A stretch of 64,000 nt of DNA. Source: Vulcanimicrobiota bacterium. Lineage in GTDB: Bacteria; Vulcanimicrobiota; Xenobia; Xenobiales; JADMJV01. Positions 37,654-48,246 of the stretch are shown here, one piece after another; position 1 is the stretch's first letter; every line of letters starts with the position of its first letter. A program made the position numbers and the translations under genes. A model generated the notes under the pieces. The model did no database searches and had not been told where the DNA came from. It saw only the letters and a list, made by a program, of their open reading frames with translations. Where the stretch lies: assembly GCA_050250895.1 (NCBI GenBank), contig JBFWNU010000007.1:160001-224000 (forward strand), read 5' to 3'.

Positions 37654-39783
37654 ATGGCCAATCCATTCAAGCTCGAAGCCCCATTCCCCGCCAGCGGTGA
37701 CCAACCCGAGGCGATCCGTCAATTGGTCGAAAGCGTCAAAGCCGGCAACCGTTTCACCACCTTGCTGGGAGCCACCGGCACGGGTAAGACCTTCACCGTC
37801 GCCGCCATGTTGGCCCAGCTGAATCGGCCCGCCCTGGTATTGGGCCCGAACAAGACCCTGGTGGCCCAGCTGTGCAGCGAGTTTCGTGAGTTCTTTCCCC
37901 ATAACGCGGTCGAGTATTTCGTCTCTTATTACGACTATTATCAACCCGAGGCTTACATCGCCAATTCCGACACCTACATCGAGAAAGACTCGTCGATCAA
38001 CGACGAGATCGACCGGCTGCGTCACTCGGCCACCCACGCCGTACTCGAACGCCGAGACTCGCTGGTGGTGGCCTCGGTCTCTTGCATCTACGGTCTGGGC
38101 TCGCCCGAGGACTATCGCGACACGGTCCTGGTGTTTCGCCCCGGCGAAGAGTTGCCGCGCCAGTTCTTGCTGCACCGGCTCATCGACATGCAGTACACCC
38201 GCAGCAACAATGTCCTCAACCGAGCCAGTTTTCGACTTCAGGGTGAAGTGCTCGAGGTTCATCCGGTGGACGAAGAGCGGATCTACCGCATCGAGTTTTT
38301 TGGCGACGAGGTCGAGTCGATGGCCGTCTTTGACCCGCTCACCGGCGAGTTGCTGGCCGAGCCCAAGCGGATCGTGGTCTATCCGGCCCGCCACTACGTG
38401 ACCCCTCGTCACAAACGCGAGGCGGCCGTGGCCAGCATCGAGGCCGAGTTGCAAGCTCGCCTGAGCGAGTTTCGTGAGCGCGACAAGTTGCTCGAGGCCC
38501 AGCGGCTCGAGATGCGCACCCGCTACGACCTGGAGATGCTTGAAGAGATCGGCTATTGCAACGGCGTCGAGAACTATTCACGCCACCTCACCGGCCGGGC
38601 CCCGGGCGAGCCGCCGTATACTCTGCTCGACTATTTCCCCGACGATTTTCTGATGATCATCGACGAGTCGCACGTGGCCATTCCTCAGTTGCGGGGCATG
38701 CTTCACGGTGACCGCTCGCGAAAAGACAGTCTGGTCGAGCATGGTTTTCGGCTGCCGTCAGCCTATGATAACCGACCCCTGGCTTTTGACGAGTTTCTCA
38801 AAAGGGTTGGCCAGGTGGTCTTCGTCTCGGCCACCCCGGGCGCTTTCGAGCGCGAAGAGTCGACCGTGGTAGTCGAGCAGATTATTCGGCCCACCGGCCT
38901 GGTCGATCCCGAGGTCGAGATTCGGCCCGTCGACGGCCAGATCGATGACCTTTTGCGCGAGATTCGCGAACGCACCCGAGTTCACGAGCGAACCCTGGTC
39001 ACCACCCTGACCAAGAAGATGGCCGAGGACCTGACCGAGTATCTGGGCGGCCTGGGCGTCAAGGTTCGCTACCTGCACTCGGAAGTCGACACCCTCGGCC
39101 GCATTCAGATCCTGCGCGACCTTCGGCTGGGTGAGTTCGACGTGCTGGTGGGCATCAATCTATTGCGCGAGGGATTGGACCTGCCCGAGGTTTCGCTCGT
39201 GGCCATCCTGGATGCCGACCAGGAAGGCTTTTTGCGGTCGGCGACCTCCTTGATTCAGACCATCGGCCGCGCCGCTCGCAACGTGAGCGGCAAGGTGATT
39301 CTTTACGCCGACAAGGTCACCGGCGCCATCTCGGAAGCGGTCGACGAAACCCAACGGCGACGGGAGATCCAGTTGGCTTACAACGCCGAGCACGGGATCA
39401 CCCCGGCCACCGTCCGTAAGAAAGTGAACGATATTCTCGATACCCTCGGCTACGTTCACGAAGAGACCCGCGAGGCTCGGCGCGAGCGCAAGCAAGAGAT
39501 GGAGCTGCCAGAGCTCGAGGCCGCCATCGGGCGACTCGAGTCGGCCATGCTCGATGCCGCCAAGAATCTCGAGTTCGAAACGGCCGCAGCCTTGCGGGAC
39601 GAGCTCTATGGATTGAAAAAGGCCCTCAACAAGAAGATGGAAGGCCTACCGGTGGCGGCTCGCATGGAGTGGACCGAGAGCCCTCGTCAACAGGTCCAAC
39701 GACGGGCCGTCCCGGCTCCTAAGCCGGGGGAGCCGGGACCTCGTGCTCGCTCTTCGCGGGGCCGCTCACGACGGCGACGATAG
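37654..39783 (+). CDS. uvrB: Excinuclease ABC subunit B
   Basis: [63 protein letters not shown] and a UVR domain. Confidence 0.98.
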   Translation: MANPFKLEAPFPASGDQPEAIRQLVESVKAGNRFTTLLGATGTGKTFTVAAMLAQLNRPALVLGPNKTLVAQLCSEFREFFPHNAVEYFVSYYDYYQPEAYIANSDTYIEKDSSINDEIDRLRHSATHAVLERRDSLVVASVSCIYGLGSPEDYRDTVLVFRPGEELPRQFLLHRLIDMQYTRSNNVLNRASFRLQGEVLEVHPVDEERIYRIEFFGDEVESMAVFDPLTGELLAEPKRIVVYPARHYVTPRHKREAAVASIEAELQARLSEFRERDKLLEAQRLEMRTRYDLEMLEEIGYCNGVENYSRHLTGRAPGEPPYTLLDYFPDDFLMIIDESHVAIPQLRGMLHGDRSRKDSLVEHGFRLPSAYDNRPLAFDEFLKRVGQVVFVSATPGAFEREESTVVVEQIIRPTGLVDPEVEIRPVDGQIDDLLREIRERTRVHERTLVTTLTKKMAEDLTEYLGGLGVKVRYLHSEVDTLGRIQILRDLRLGEFDVLVGINLLREGLDLPEVSLVAILDADQEGFLRSATSLIQTIGRAARNVSGKVILYADKVTGAISEAVDETQRRREIQLAYNAEHGITPATVRKKVNDILDTLGYVHEETREARRERKQEMELPELEAAIGRLESAMLDAAKNLEFETAAALRDELYGLKKALNKKMEGLPVAARMEWTESPRQQVQRRAVPAPKPGEPGPRARSSRGRSRRRR

Positions 39784-39884
39784 CCTGAGAAACCTTTGTA
39801 GCAAAGCGTTTCAAAAATGGTCAGTTCTGGTGATGTTCTTCCAGAATATTTTTGCTATCCTTTAGAAGATACGGGGCATCCGCC

Positions 39885-39921
39885 AAAGCTTCTCCTCCAC
39901 GGACGAGAGGCTTTTTATTTT
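39885..39921 (+). terminator. Terminator-like hairpin between uvrB and the convergent regulator
   Basis: AAAGCTTCTC..GAGAGGCTTT followed by TTATTTT. Confidence 0.55.
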
Positions 39922-39944
39922 GTCCGGCGCGAAATCGGGCGGGC

Positions 39945-40592
39945 TTAGCCCGGCAGAACCAGATTGCGCTCGACAGCGTATCGAACCAGCTGGGCCCGGT
40001 TCGAAAGATCGAGCTTGTTCATGATATTGGCCCGGTGGCGCTCGACGGTGTTGGCGCTGATGCCCAGCTCTTTTCCCACTTCGCGAGCGGTCAGTCCCTG
40101 GGCGGTAAGTTGCAGCACTTCGCGCTCGCGCTTGGACAACGGGCAGTCGATCTCGGCGTCGGGAGGGTGCTCGCCCCGATACTCGTCGACCAGACAGCGG
40201 GCCAGGCTGGGATAAAGATAGACTCCGCCCGAAGAGACCGCTCGCACGGCCGAGACCAGGTCGCCCAGGGCCGCCCCTTTGACCACGTAACCGTTGGCGC
40301 CAGCGTTGAGCAGCTCAAAGAAGTAGCGTTTGTCCTCGTGCATGGTGAGCACCAGGATGGGGAGGGTGGGGTGCGCCTGCCGCAGGATTTTGGTAGCCTC
40401 GAGCCCGCCCAGTTCGGGCATGCTGATGTCCATCATCACCAGGTCGGGTAGCTCCTGGTCGACCAGTTCGATGACTTCTTTGCCGTTGGAGGCCTCGCCC
40501 TGGACCTGGATATCTTCTTCGCTCTCTAGCAAGAGGCGAATTCCGGATCGCACGATGGGATGGTCTTCGGCTATCAACACCCGGATCGACAT
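39945..40592 (-). CDS. NarL/LuxR family response regulator
   Basis: REC domain (MDISMP) plus HTH LSKREREVL..ISANTVERHRANIMNKL. Confidence 0.95.
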   Translation of the reverse strand: MSIRVLIAEDHPIVRSGIRLLLESEEDIQVQGEASNGKEVIELVDQELPDLVMMDISMPELGGLEATKILRQAHPTLPILVLTMHEDKRYFFELLNAGANGYVVKGAALGDLVSAVRAVSSGGVYLYPSLARCLVDEYRGEHPPDAEIDCPLSKREREVLQLTAQGLTAREVGKELGISANTVERHRANIMNKLDLSNRAQLVRYAVERNLVLPG

Positions 40593-40700
40593 CTATCTAG
40601 ATTAGCCCCGAGCAGGCGCTTAACCTCCAAGCCGGCGCGGTTGATGGGATTGGACCAATCGGCATGAGGAGAAGGCGTCCGCCGAAGCGAACTGGCTCTT

Positions 40701-42851
40701 GTGGTTTTGACCGACTTTATCGAACTTCTTCTGGCCCGCAACGGAACGGAACTGTTGTTGGCCCCTGACAAACCCCCGTCGCTGCGCCTGCCGGACGGAC
40801 TTCACTTCACCTCGGACGACCCCGTGGACGAAGGTCTGATCGAACAGTTGGCCGTCGAGGCGCTCGACCCCGAGCGAAGGGCTGACTTCGAGAGGACCGG
40901 CTCGCTCACCATCGGCTACCGTCCCCAGGGCTTTCGCCAGCGGTTTCGGTTGAGTTTTTTCCGGCGTCTTGGGCGCATGGCTCTGGTGATTCGCACCCTC
41001 GAGTCGGGCGCCCGCAGCCTGGGAGAGTTGAATCTCCCTCCCACCGTGGCCCGCCTGACCGATTTCGAGCGGGGGTTGGTGGTGGTCTCGGGCAGTAGCA
41101 GTTCGGGCCGGTCGAACACCCTGGCCGCCCTCGTGCACCAGGTGAACAGCCGCCTGCCTGTGCATGTCGTGACCCTCGAGGACCCGGTCGAGTTTCTCCA
41201 CGAAGAGATGATGGCTACCATCAGTCAGCGCGAAGTGGGCACTGACGTCAGCGACTGGTCCGAAGCGCTGCGTTCGGCCCCCATGAGTAGCCCCGACGTG
41301 ATCGTAGTCGACGAAGTGCGGGATCAAGACGCTATGATGGGAGTCTTGCGTTGGGCTCTGTCGGGGCGGCTGGTGATTTGCACGGTCGAGGGGGCCGACG
41401 TCGTCGATACCATCTCGACCATGCTAGCCTTATGTCCTGCCAATGGCCGGGTCCAGCGGGCCGCCGAACTCGGCTTGTGCCTCAAAGGGATCCTGTGCCA
41501 GAAGTTGGTGCCGGCAGCCGACCAGCGGGGCTGGATCCCGGCCACCGAGCTGCTCATTCCAGACTATTCCATCAGCGGATTGATCCGCGAGCAGCGCATC
41601 GACGAGGTGGGTGAGTTCTTGCGGGGCTGCAATGAACCTGGAATGTTCAGCTTCAACCAGAGCCTGGCCGCTCTTTTCCGCAACGGGTTGATCCGTCGCG
41701 ACATTGCTCTGGCCTATTGCGGCAACGAGCTCGAGTTTCGCGCCGCCATCGGTGAGTCGCGCGCCTCCGAGCCCCGGCGCAACTGGGACTTGATGACCCT
41801 GCTGCAGCTGGCGGTCGAGCACAATGCTTCCGACCTGCACCTTTCCGAGGGGCGCCCCCCGATCTTGCGGATTGGTGGCGAGTTGGAAAAGCTCAACATG
41901 CCTAGATTGCGCTCGCGTGACATCCGGGCCATGCTCTACAGCGTGCTGACCGGGGCCCAGCGCGCCTCTTTCGAAAAAGACCGTGAGCTCGACCTCTCAC
42001 TGGCCATCGATCGCGGCAATCGCTTTCGTGTCAACGCCTTCTATCAGAAGGGATGTGTGGCGGCGGCTTTCCGGACCATCCCTTCGCGCATTCCCGAATC
42101 CTCGGAGTTGGGCATCCCGGACGCCCTGATCCGGTTGGCGCAAAAGCCACACGGTTTGATTTTAGTGGTGGGCCCCACCGGTTCCGGCAAGACGACCACC
42201 CTGGCCTGTCTGGTCGACCTGATCAATCGCACCCGGGCCTGTCACATTATCACGGTCGAGGACCCCATCGAGTATTCTCACGTCAGCCTGGTGGCCACCG
42301 TCGACCAGCGCGAAGTCTATTCTGACACCAACAGCTTCGCCAACGCCCTCAAGTTCGTCTTGCGGCAGGACCCTGACGTCATCATGGTGGGCGAGATGCG
42401 CGATCTAGAGACGATTTCGGCGGTCTTGACCGCGGCCGAGACCGGCCACCTGGTGTTCGCCACTCTGCACACCAACGATGCTTGCCAAACCGTCGACCGC
42501 GTGGTCGATGTCTTTCCGCCTCACCAGCAGCCACAGATCCGCCAACAGTTGGCCGCTTCGCTGCTGGGCGTCGTGTCTCAACGCCTTTTGCCCCGAGCCG
42601 ATGAAAGCGGGCGAGTGGCCGCGTTCGAGCTACTGATTGCGACCTCGGCCATTCGCGCCCTGATTCGCGACGGCAAGACGCACCAGATGCTCAACGTGCT
42701 CTCGACCAACGCCAATCTAGGCATGACGACCCTCGATCGCAGCCTGGCGCGGCTATTTCAAAGTGGACTGGTGGCTTTCGAAGAGGCAGCCCGTTTCGTC
42801 TCGGACCCGGAGATCCTACGCTCTCCCGAGAGCGTCGGGTTGTCGCCTTAG
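40701..42851 (+). CDS. Tandem two-domain PilT/PilU-family ATPase
   Basis: Domain 1: GSSSSGRSNT, TLEDPVEF, PDVIVVDEVRD. Domain 2: ASDLHL, GPTGSGKTTT, TVEDPIEY, LRQDPDVIMVGEMRD, TGHLVFATLHT, AIRALIRDGK. Confidence 0.9.
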   Translation: MVLTDFIELLLARNGTELLLAPDKPPSLRLPDGLHFTSDDPVDEGLIEQLAVEALDPERRADFERTGSLTIGYRPQGFRQRFRLSFFRRLGRMALVIRTLESGARSLGELNLPPTVARLTDFERGLVVVSGSSSSGRSNTLAALVHQVNSRLPVHVVTLEDPVEFLHEEMMATISQREVGTDVSDWSEALRSAPMSSPDVIVVDEVRDQDAMMGVLRWALSGRLVICTVEGADVVDTISTMLALCPANGRVQRAAELGLCLKGILCQKLVPAADQRGWIPATELLIPDYSISGLIREQRIDEVGEFLRGCNEPGMFSFNQSLAALFRNGLIRRDIALAYCGNELEFRAAIGESRASEPRRNWDLMTLLQLAVEHNASDLHLSEGRPPILRIGGELEKLNMPRLRSRDIRAMLYSVLTGAQRASFEKDRELDLSLAIDRGNRFRVNAFYQKGCVAAAFRTIPSRIPESSELGIPDALIRLAQKPHGLILVVGPTGSGKTTTLACLVDLINRTRACHIITVEDPIEYSHVSLVATVDQREVYSDTNSFANALKFVLRQDPDVIMVGEMRDLETISAVLTAAETGHLVFATLHTNDACQTVDRVVDVFPPHQQPQIRQQLAASLLGVVSQRLLPRADESGRVAAFELLIATSAIRALIRDGKTHQMLNVLSTNANLGMTTLDRSLARLFQSGLVAFEEAARFVSDPEILRSPESVGLSP

Positions 42852-42897
42852 GGCCTGTCAGGAAGTAACTCGTGCTCTCTGACAGACCTTAGAACGC

Positions 42898-44838
42898 TCA
42901 GAGCCAGCCGAGCAGGGCTTCGTCTTCGCCGTCGGCCGGCGGCAGCGTGCTGGGAGGCTCGGTCGGCGCTGTTGAAGGTGTAGGGGTTGACGCGGACGGG
43001 GGAGCGGCCACGGCCGGGGCGGGAGCCGGAGCGGGAGCTGGCGGCGTCGGAGCTGGCGGAGTCGGTGCGGGAGGCGTCGCTTTGGGAGCCGGAGGTCGTT
43101 GTCCGATGGAGGGTGCGGGCCTGGCTTGAACCGCCGGGAGCTCCATCGACGGATGACTCTCGGGCTCACGACTGGGGCGAGCGGGCTCGGCCGAGGGACT
43201 GCTTCCGGAAGAGCCCGCCTTGCTGAGGTCCTTGAGGCCTTCGAAACGTCCTTCATAAATGAGCGAACGAACCTTGCTGTTGGCCACCAGGATTTCAAAC
43301 TCTGGACGCGCGTCGTCACCGTTGCCGGTCAGCTTTTGACCCGAAACTGCCAACAGAGTTGAACATAGCAGTTCGCGCACCCGGAACTGATCGTCGGGAG
43401 CAAACAGGCCCACCATCTCGCTGATTGCGCTGGCCGGGTCTTCGCTTTGATAGACGGCGATGACGAGGTAGTGGGCAGCGGCGGCCTGGAGGGCCGCCAG
43501 GATTTCGTCCCGATGCTCCATGGCACCCACGGCGATGATGTCGGGGTCCTGGCGGGCTGCGTGTTTGATAGCTTCGCTCAAATTCTCGGTGTCACAACCA
43601 ATCTCTCGCTGGCAGACGAATGAGCGCTTGTCGGCGATGAGGAATTCGATCGGGTTCTCGAGGGCAATGATGTGCAGTTTGCGGTGGGTGTTCACATAGT
43701 CGATGAGCGAGGCCAGGGTGGTGCTTTTGCCCGAAGCCGCGCTGCCGGTGATGATGAACAGGCCTCGCTCTTGCAAGGCCAGGCGCTCCAGGAGTTCGGG
43801 GATATTCAGCTCGGGAGGAGTGGGCACGGCTGTGGGGATCAGACGGAACGTCGCTCCCAGCCCGGTACAGCCCCAGAACGCGCTCATTCGAAAACCCGAG
43901 CCCGAGACCGAGAGAGAGAACTCGACTTCTTGACGCTTGTGCAGCCGACTGCGCTTGTCCCCGGGCAGAGCCTTCAGGACGAGGGCTCGGCAGTCGATCT
44001 CGGAGAGGGGCATCTTCCCGATGGGAATCAGTTCGCCGTTACGCCGTACCATCGGCTTCGAGTTGGGCTTGATGTGCAGGTCGGTGGCGTCATTGGTAAT
44101 CACCACCTCGAGTAGATCTTCGATCTCGTAACCCAGGTTGGTGGGCAGGGCGGCAAGTTCGGCATCGCTGAGACCCTCACCGCTGGGCATCACGATGGCG
44201 GCCGGAGAGGCAGGGGCGGCGACCACGGTGGGGCCGGCCGTTTCCAGGGCAGCAAGGCGCTTCTCGATGGCGCTAAGGTCGGTTTTCTCGGCAGGGCCCT
44301 GCTTTCCGACGCGAGCGACCTGGCTCTCGGTGTCTTCCAGGCGCTGCTTGAGTCGGTCGACCTCGAGCTGAGAGGCCTCGAGTTCTTTGAGTCTGTCGCG
44401 CAGCTCTTTCTCTTGTTTGGCGAGCTTTTCTGCGAATTCTTTCTCCTGGCGGGCCAGCTGCTGACCCAGTTCTTGCTCGAAACGCTCGACCTGACTCTGG
44501 AGCCCGACCAGTTGCTCGGCCTTGGCTTCTAACGAAGAGAAGCGATCTTCGGTGGCATTCTCGAACATGCCCAGGCTCTCTTCGAGGCGAGTGACGTCGC
44601 CGGTGACGGCTTCACCACTCGGGGCGGCCTCGGGACGCTTGAGCCTGAGCGATTCGATTTCGGCCTGGAGCTCTTCGAGACGAGGCGAGAGGTCCGGTCC
44701 GCCGCCGCCACCACCCATCCCGTCACGCAGCGAATGGACCACCATCCAAAGGTCGTTGAGCTGCTCTTCGGTGGACTTTTTGACTTCGGCCCTGACCGCG
44801 CTTAAAAGTCGAGGAGGAATTCCTTCGATTTCTGCCAT
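42898..44838 (-). CDS. PilT-like ATPase with N-terminal coiled coil and Pro-rich tail; degenerate Walker B
   Basis: ATDLHI, GSAASGKSTT, LENPIEF, CQREIG and RQDPDIIAVGAME. Confidence 0.85.
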   Translation of the reverse strand: MAEIEGIPPRLLSAVRAEVKKSTEEQLNDLWMVVHSLRDGMGGGGGGPDLSPRLEELQAEIESLRLKRPEAAPSGEAVTGDVTRLEESLGMFENATEDRFSSLEAKAEQLVGLQSQVERFEQELGQQLARQEKEFAEKLAKQEKELRDRLKELEASQLEVDRLKQRLEDTESQVARVGKQGPAEKTDLSAIEKRLAALETAGPTVVAAPASPAAIVMPSGEGLSDAELAALPTNLGYEIEDLLEVVITNDATDLHIKPNSKPMVRRNGELIPIGKMPLSEIDCRALVLKALPGDKRSRLHKRQEVEFSLSVSGSGFRMSAFWGCTGLGATFRLIPTAVPTPPELNIPELLERLALQERGLFIITGSAASGKSTTLASLIDYVNTHRKLHIIALENPIEFLIADKRSFVCQREIGCDTENLSEAIKHAARQDPDIIAVGAMEHRDEILAALQAAAAHYLVIAVYQSEDPASAISEMVGLFAPDDQFRVRELLCSTLLAVSGQKLTGNGDDARPEFEILVANSKVRSLIYEGRFEGLKDLSKAGSSGSSPSAEPARPSREPESHPSMELPAVQARPAPSIGQRPPAPKATPPAPTPPAPTPPAPAPAPAPAVAAPPSASTPTPSTAPTEPPSTLPPADGEDEALLGWL

Positions 44839-44867
44839 CGGCTAAACCTGTCTATCCAAGTTTGATT

Positions 44868-45161
44868 TCAAGCTTCCTCTTCAGGCTCGACTTTTGACGT
44901 TTGCTCTGACCGCTCGAACGCATCTTTGATGGAGCGCAAAAACAAAAGAATGAGGCGCATGGCGCTCCCACTCTTCCTTCTCTCGAGTTGCTCAATTACC
45001 TCCTCGACGGTGACCAACTCAGCCATCGCCTCTTCGTTTCCGTGGCCTGTCACCTGCAGATGGAGCCGCAATCTGTAGGCCTCGCGAAGGGCGTCGCGAT
45101 GGCGGCCAAAGCGCAATTGGGTGTTGACCGAGGCCGCCATTTCACGGAAGTCTTCGGCCAC
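44868..45161 (-). CDS. Hypothetical protein
   Basis: SD AGGAGGAG; GTG start overlapping the upstream TAG stop. Confidence 0.65.
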   Translation of the reverse strand: MAEDFREMAASVNTQLRFGRHRDALREAYRLRLHLQVTGHGNEEAMAELVTVEEVIEQLERRKSGSAMRLILLFLRSIKDAFERSEQTSKVEPEEEA

Positions 45162-47020
45162 TAGCTCTCCTCCTTATGGGTAGCCAGCAAGCCGTGCAGT
45201 TCGGTTCGACCAAGCTCCTCGGCCAGGTCCAGAGCGCTGCGTCCGCGGGCGTCTTGCTTGAGTGGGCTGGCGCCGTTAAAGAGCAGGCACTGGGCTACCG
45301 CGAAGTGATCGTGGGTCACGGCCGTGTGGAGCGGGGTATTGCCCTCGTCGTCGACCGTTTCTATCGAGGCTCCACGGGCCATCAGTTCGACCAGCATCGT
45401 GTCCAGGCCAAGCTTCACGGACAGGTGGAGAGGCGTCAGGCCATTGGCGTCGCGCGTCTCTAACTTCACCTTGCGATGCGACAGAACCTCGACCGTGCGC
45501 ACATCGCCCGAGATGACCGCCTGATGCAGGACCGTCGAGCCGGAGGCATCGCTGGCTTCGATGTCGGCCCCGCGCGACAAGAGGGTGGCTAGAATCTTGC
45601 GTCGTCCCCAGCGGGCCGCGAGCAAGGCGGGCAGTTCTTCGGATTCGGGCATCTTGACGCCACGAAACAGCAGGCTCTCGAGAATGCGCTCAAGGTCCCA
45701 GAAGGCGCACCAATGAAAGGCGGTCCAACCTTCGGTGTCGACCAGGCTGCCGACCTCGGGTTCTTCGTCGAGCACGATTTTGGCTTTGCGCTGGTCGCCC
45801 TGGGAAATGGCGTCCCAGAAGGCGCGGCTCTGGTCGTCCCACTCGGGCTTGGCCAGGTGGTCGCCGACGGACTCCACGATCTCGCCCGCCATGGGATGGT
45901 CGGGGCCCCCGAATTGTTTGAGGGCGGCCAGGGCCTTGACGAAGGTCTCTTGATAAGAGGGGCGACCGAGGGCCTTTTCAATGCGGGCCTGGCTGGCCAG
46001 CAATTCGACCAGTTGGGCGTCGCCTGGGACGTTGGTCTGCTCTCTGCGCTTGAGCACGCCGGTGAGCAGAGCCAGCGCGGTATTGGTCTGACCCGCTTCC
46101 TGACAGAACTCGGCCAGTTTTCGACACACGCTGACGGTCTCGGGGTGGGAAGGCCCCAGCCTGGCCTCGAGAGTCGCCATGGCCTTTTCGCCTTCCTCCA
46201 CCGCCTCGCGGAACTTGTCGTTGCGGCCGTAGAGTTGGGCCAAGGTCCAGCGAATTCGCGCTCCCTCGGCGGTGTCGGCGAGTCCCTTCTGAGTGCGCAG
46301 GGCAAGGGCTCGTCGGGCCACCGTGATAGCCTGGTCGGACTCGCGGTTGAGATAGATCTTGGCCATCTGATGGAGGCAGTCGGACTGCTCGACGGCGGTG
46401 TCACCCGAGACTTCTTGATAGATGCCGAGGGCCCGCTTGTAGAGGGTTTCGGCGGCCGCCACGCGGCGGAGTTGGGCATAGAAGTCGGCCAGGTGAAGGA
46501 CCACCGTGGCGGTAGCCGGATGGAACGAACCTAGAGCCATCTCGCAATCTAGCAAGATCTGACTCAGTTCGCCCTCGAGATCTTCTTGATGGGTGGTCGA
46601 CAGTCCCGAGACGCGTTTGAGCACGTTGCGAGAAGCCAACTCGCGACTGAGCGAGCGCTGGGCGCTAAGACCGAGAAACCCGAGCCCGCCGATGCCGCCC
46701 ACCACTGCGCCGCCGGCAGCCCAGGCCGGCTGCGCTCCCAGAGCGGCGAGCGCAACCAGTCCCGTCGCCCCCCCGAGGATCAGGCCGGAAAGGATGGTGA
46801 TGTCCTGGACCTGCTGGCTGCCCTGGCGAAAGACATACTTGGCCACCATTCCGACAGCCACTCCGACTCCAGCCATGATGACGAAGGTGCCGGGCAGCAT
46901 CGCCAGGCCAAGGAAAATGTTGCGGACACAGAGGTTGATGGCGCTGGCGACCGAGGCTGTGATGATCGCGGCCGGGGCGGTGTAGGTAAAAGCCTTGGAA
47001 AGGAAACGGGTGGCGGTCAT
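45161..47020 (-). CDS. Membrane protein with TPR repeats and C-terminal ankyrin repeats
   Basis: N-terminal TM helices; kinesin-light-chain-type TPR (AETLYKRALGI, LGPSHPET); ankyrin GWTAFH, GSTVLH, GLTPLH and GNTPLH. Confidence 0.85.
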   Translation of the reverse strand: MTATRFLSKAFTYTAPAAIITASVASAINLCVRNIFLGLAMLPGTFVIMAGVGVAVGMVAKYVFRQGSQQVQDITILSGLILGGATGLVALAALGAQPAWAAGGAVVGGIGGLGFLGLSAQRSLSRELASRNVLKRVSGLSTTHQEDLEGELSQILLDCEMALGSFHPATATVVLHLADFYAQLRRVAAAETLYKRALGIYQEVSGDTAVEQSDCLHQMAKIYLNRESDQAITVARRALALRTQKGLADTAEGARIRWTLAQLYGRNDKFREAVEEGEKAMATLEARLGPSHPETVSVCRKLAEFCQEAGQTNTALALLTGVLKRREQTNVPGDAQLVELLASQARIEKALGRPSYQETFVKALAALKQFGGPDHPMAGEIVESVGDHLAKPEWDDQSRAFWDAISQGDQRKAKIVLDEEPEVGSLVDTEGWTAFHWCAFWDLERILESLLFRGVKMPESEELPALLAARWGRRKILATLLSRGADIEASDASGSTVLHQAVISGDVRTVEVLSHRKVKLETRDANGLTPLHLSVKLGLDTMLVELMARGASIETVDDEGNTPLHTAVTHDHFAVAQCLLFNGASPLKQDARGRSALDLAEELGRTELHGLLATHKEES

Positions 47021-47287
47021 GGTCAAGGCTTAACTAGAAGCCGCGCTCCCCTCTCGCCTTCGCAATCGCTCGCCCCCTGATTAGGATTAGTCGGCCCGGC
47101 GTCGCGACGCCAGCGCCCATCGGATTTGGGCTCAATTTCACCCCCGACCGACCCCCTCCTGCTCGGAGGGGGGATGGTGGGCACCGATCCCGGCGAAGCC
47201 CATATCGATGGTCTCACGAAGCTAACATCGTCGCGGGAAAAATTGCATAAAAGGAAAGTTCGCCGGGGTTGCATTCTTCCCTGCGGA

Positions 47288-48199
47288 TCAGCGCCGGCCG
47301 TGGACGGCGCTGCGCGCTCTGATGGCCAGTTCGGCTTGCTGGCACATCGCGGCCAGCAGGTCGCGTCCCGGTCGAGAACCGAAACGCACCTGGCCTGAGT
47401 TGGTCCTTCGCTGCGCCAGAGCGGATAGAGAGCGCGCGTCGCCGACGCTTCGCAGGGCACTGGCGCCCAGCTGTTCGAGTCCCTGGCAGAGCAGAGTTCG
47501 GTGAGCCGCCTCGGCCAGGTGCTCGCGAGCCTCGTCCGGCAAGCTCTCGACCGCCCGGAGGTCGACTGGGGATAGATTGCAGGCCCGGCTGACTAGGCTT
47601 AGCTCGGGGTGCGCACAGCCCGAAGCCAGCCAGCTCAGTTCGAGTCGTCGCCGGGGCTCGAGTTGCAAGTAGGGGAGCAGCAGCAGCATTCGCTCCGGCG
47701 CCTTGGCTAAGAGATTCTCGGGTTGGTGACCGGCTCGCACGAAGTCCATGAGTAGCTCGGCCTCGGGGCCTGTCGCCCGGCTGGCCATCGGCTCGAGCTG
47801 TTCGACCAGGCCGGGGAAATGAGCTAGGTTAGCCAGCAAGCCCAGCGCCGTGGCATCGCGACTATAGCGAACCAACCAGCGTTGGAGGCGGTTCGGTTTT
47901 ACCGGCTTACCAAAATCGTAGCGCTGGCGATAGTCTTGCCAGATTTCGGACCATTGCACGCCCGGCGCTGGCCAGGCTTGCTCGACCAGGGCCCGCGCCC
48001 AGCCTCGAACGTGCTCATCCCGCAGCGTCAGAGTCTCTAGCAGGTGGTGCGATTCGAGCAGGCGTTCTCCCGAGTTGGTCAGGCATCCGCACTGGCCCAG
48101 AAAAGAAAGAAACGCCGCGGCGGAAGGAGAGGGGAGTTTCTCCGAAAAGAAGGTCGCGGTTGGAGTCCAAGGAGCGGCCGGACATCCCTGACGTTTCAT
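47288..48199 (-). CDS. Hypothetical helical protein
   Basis: 303 aa ORF filling the gap; the start is uncertain and there is no recognisable motif. Confidence 0.5.
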   Translation of the reverse strand: MKRQGCPAAPWTPTATFFSEKLPSPSAAAFLSFLGQCGCLTNSGERLLESHHLLETLTLRDEHVRGWARALVEQAWPAPGVQWSEIWQDYRQRYDFGKPVKPNRLQRWLVRYSRDATALGLLANLAHFPGLVEQLEPMASRATGPEAELLMDFVRAGHQPENLLAKAPERMLLLLPYLQLEPRRRLELSWLASGCAHPELSLVSRACNLSPVDLRAVESLPDEAREHLAEAAHRTLLCQGLEQLGASALRSVGDARSLSALAQRRTNSGQVRFGSRPGRDLLAAMCQQAELAIRARSAVHGRR

Positions 48200-48246
48200 C
48201 CTCGACTACTTAGCCGAAACCATTGTGGAACCTGTTGTTGCTGTCA

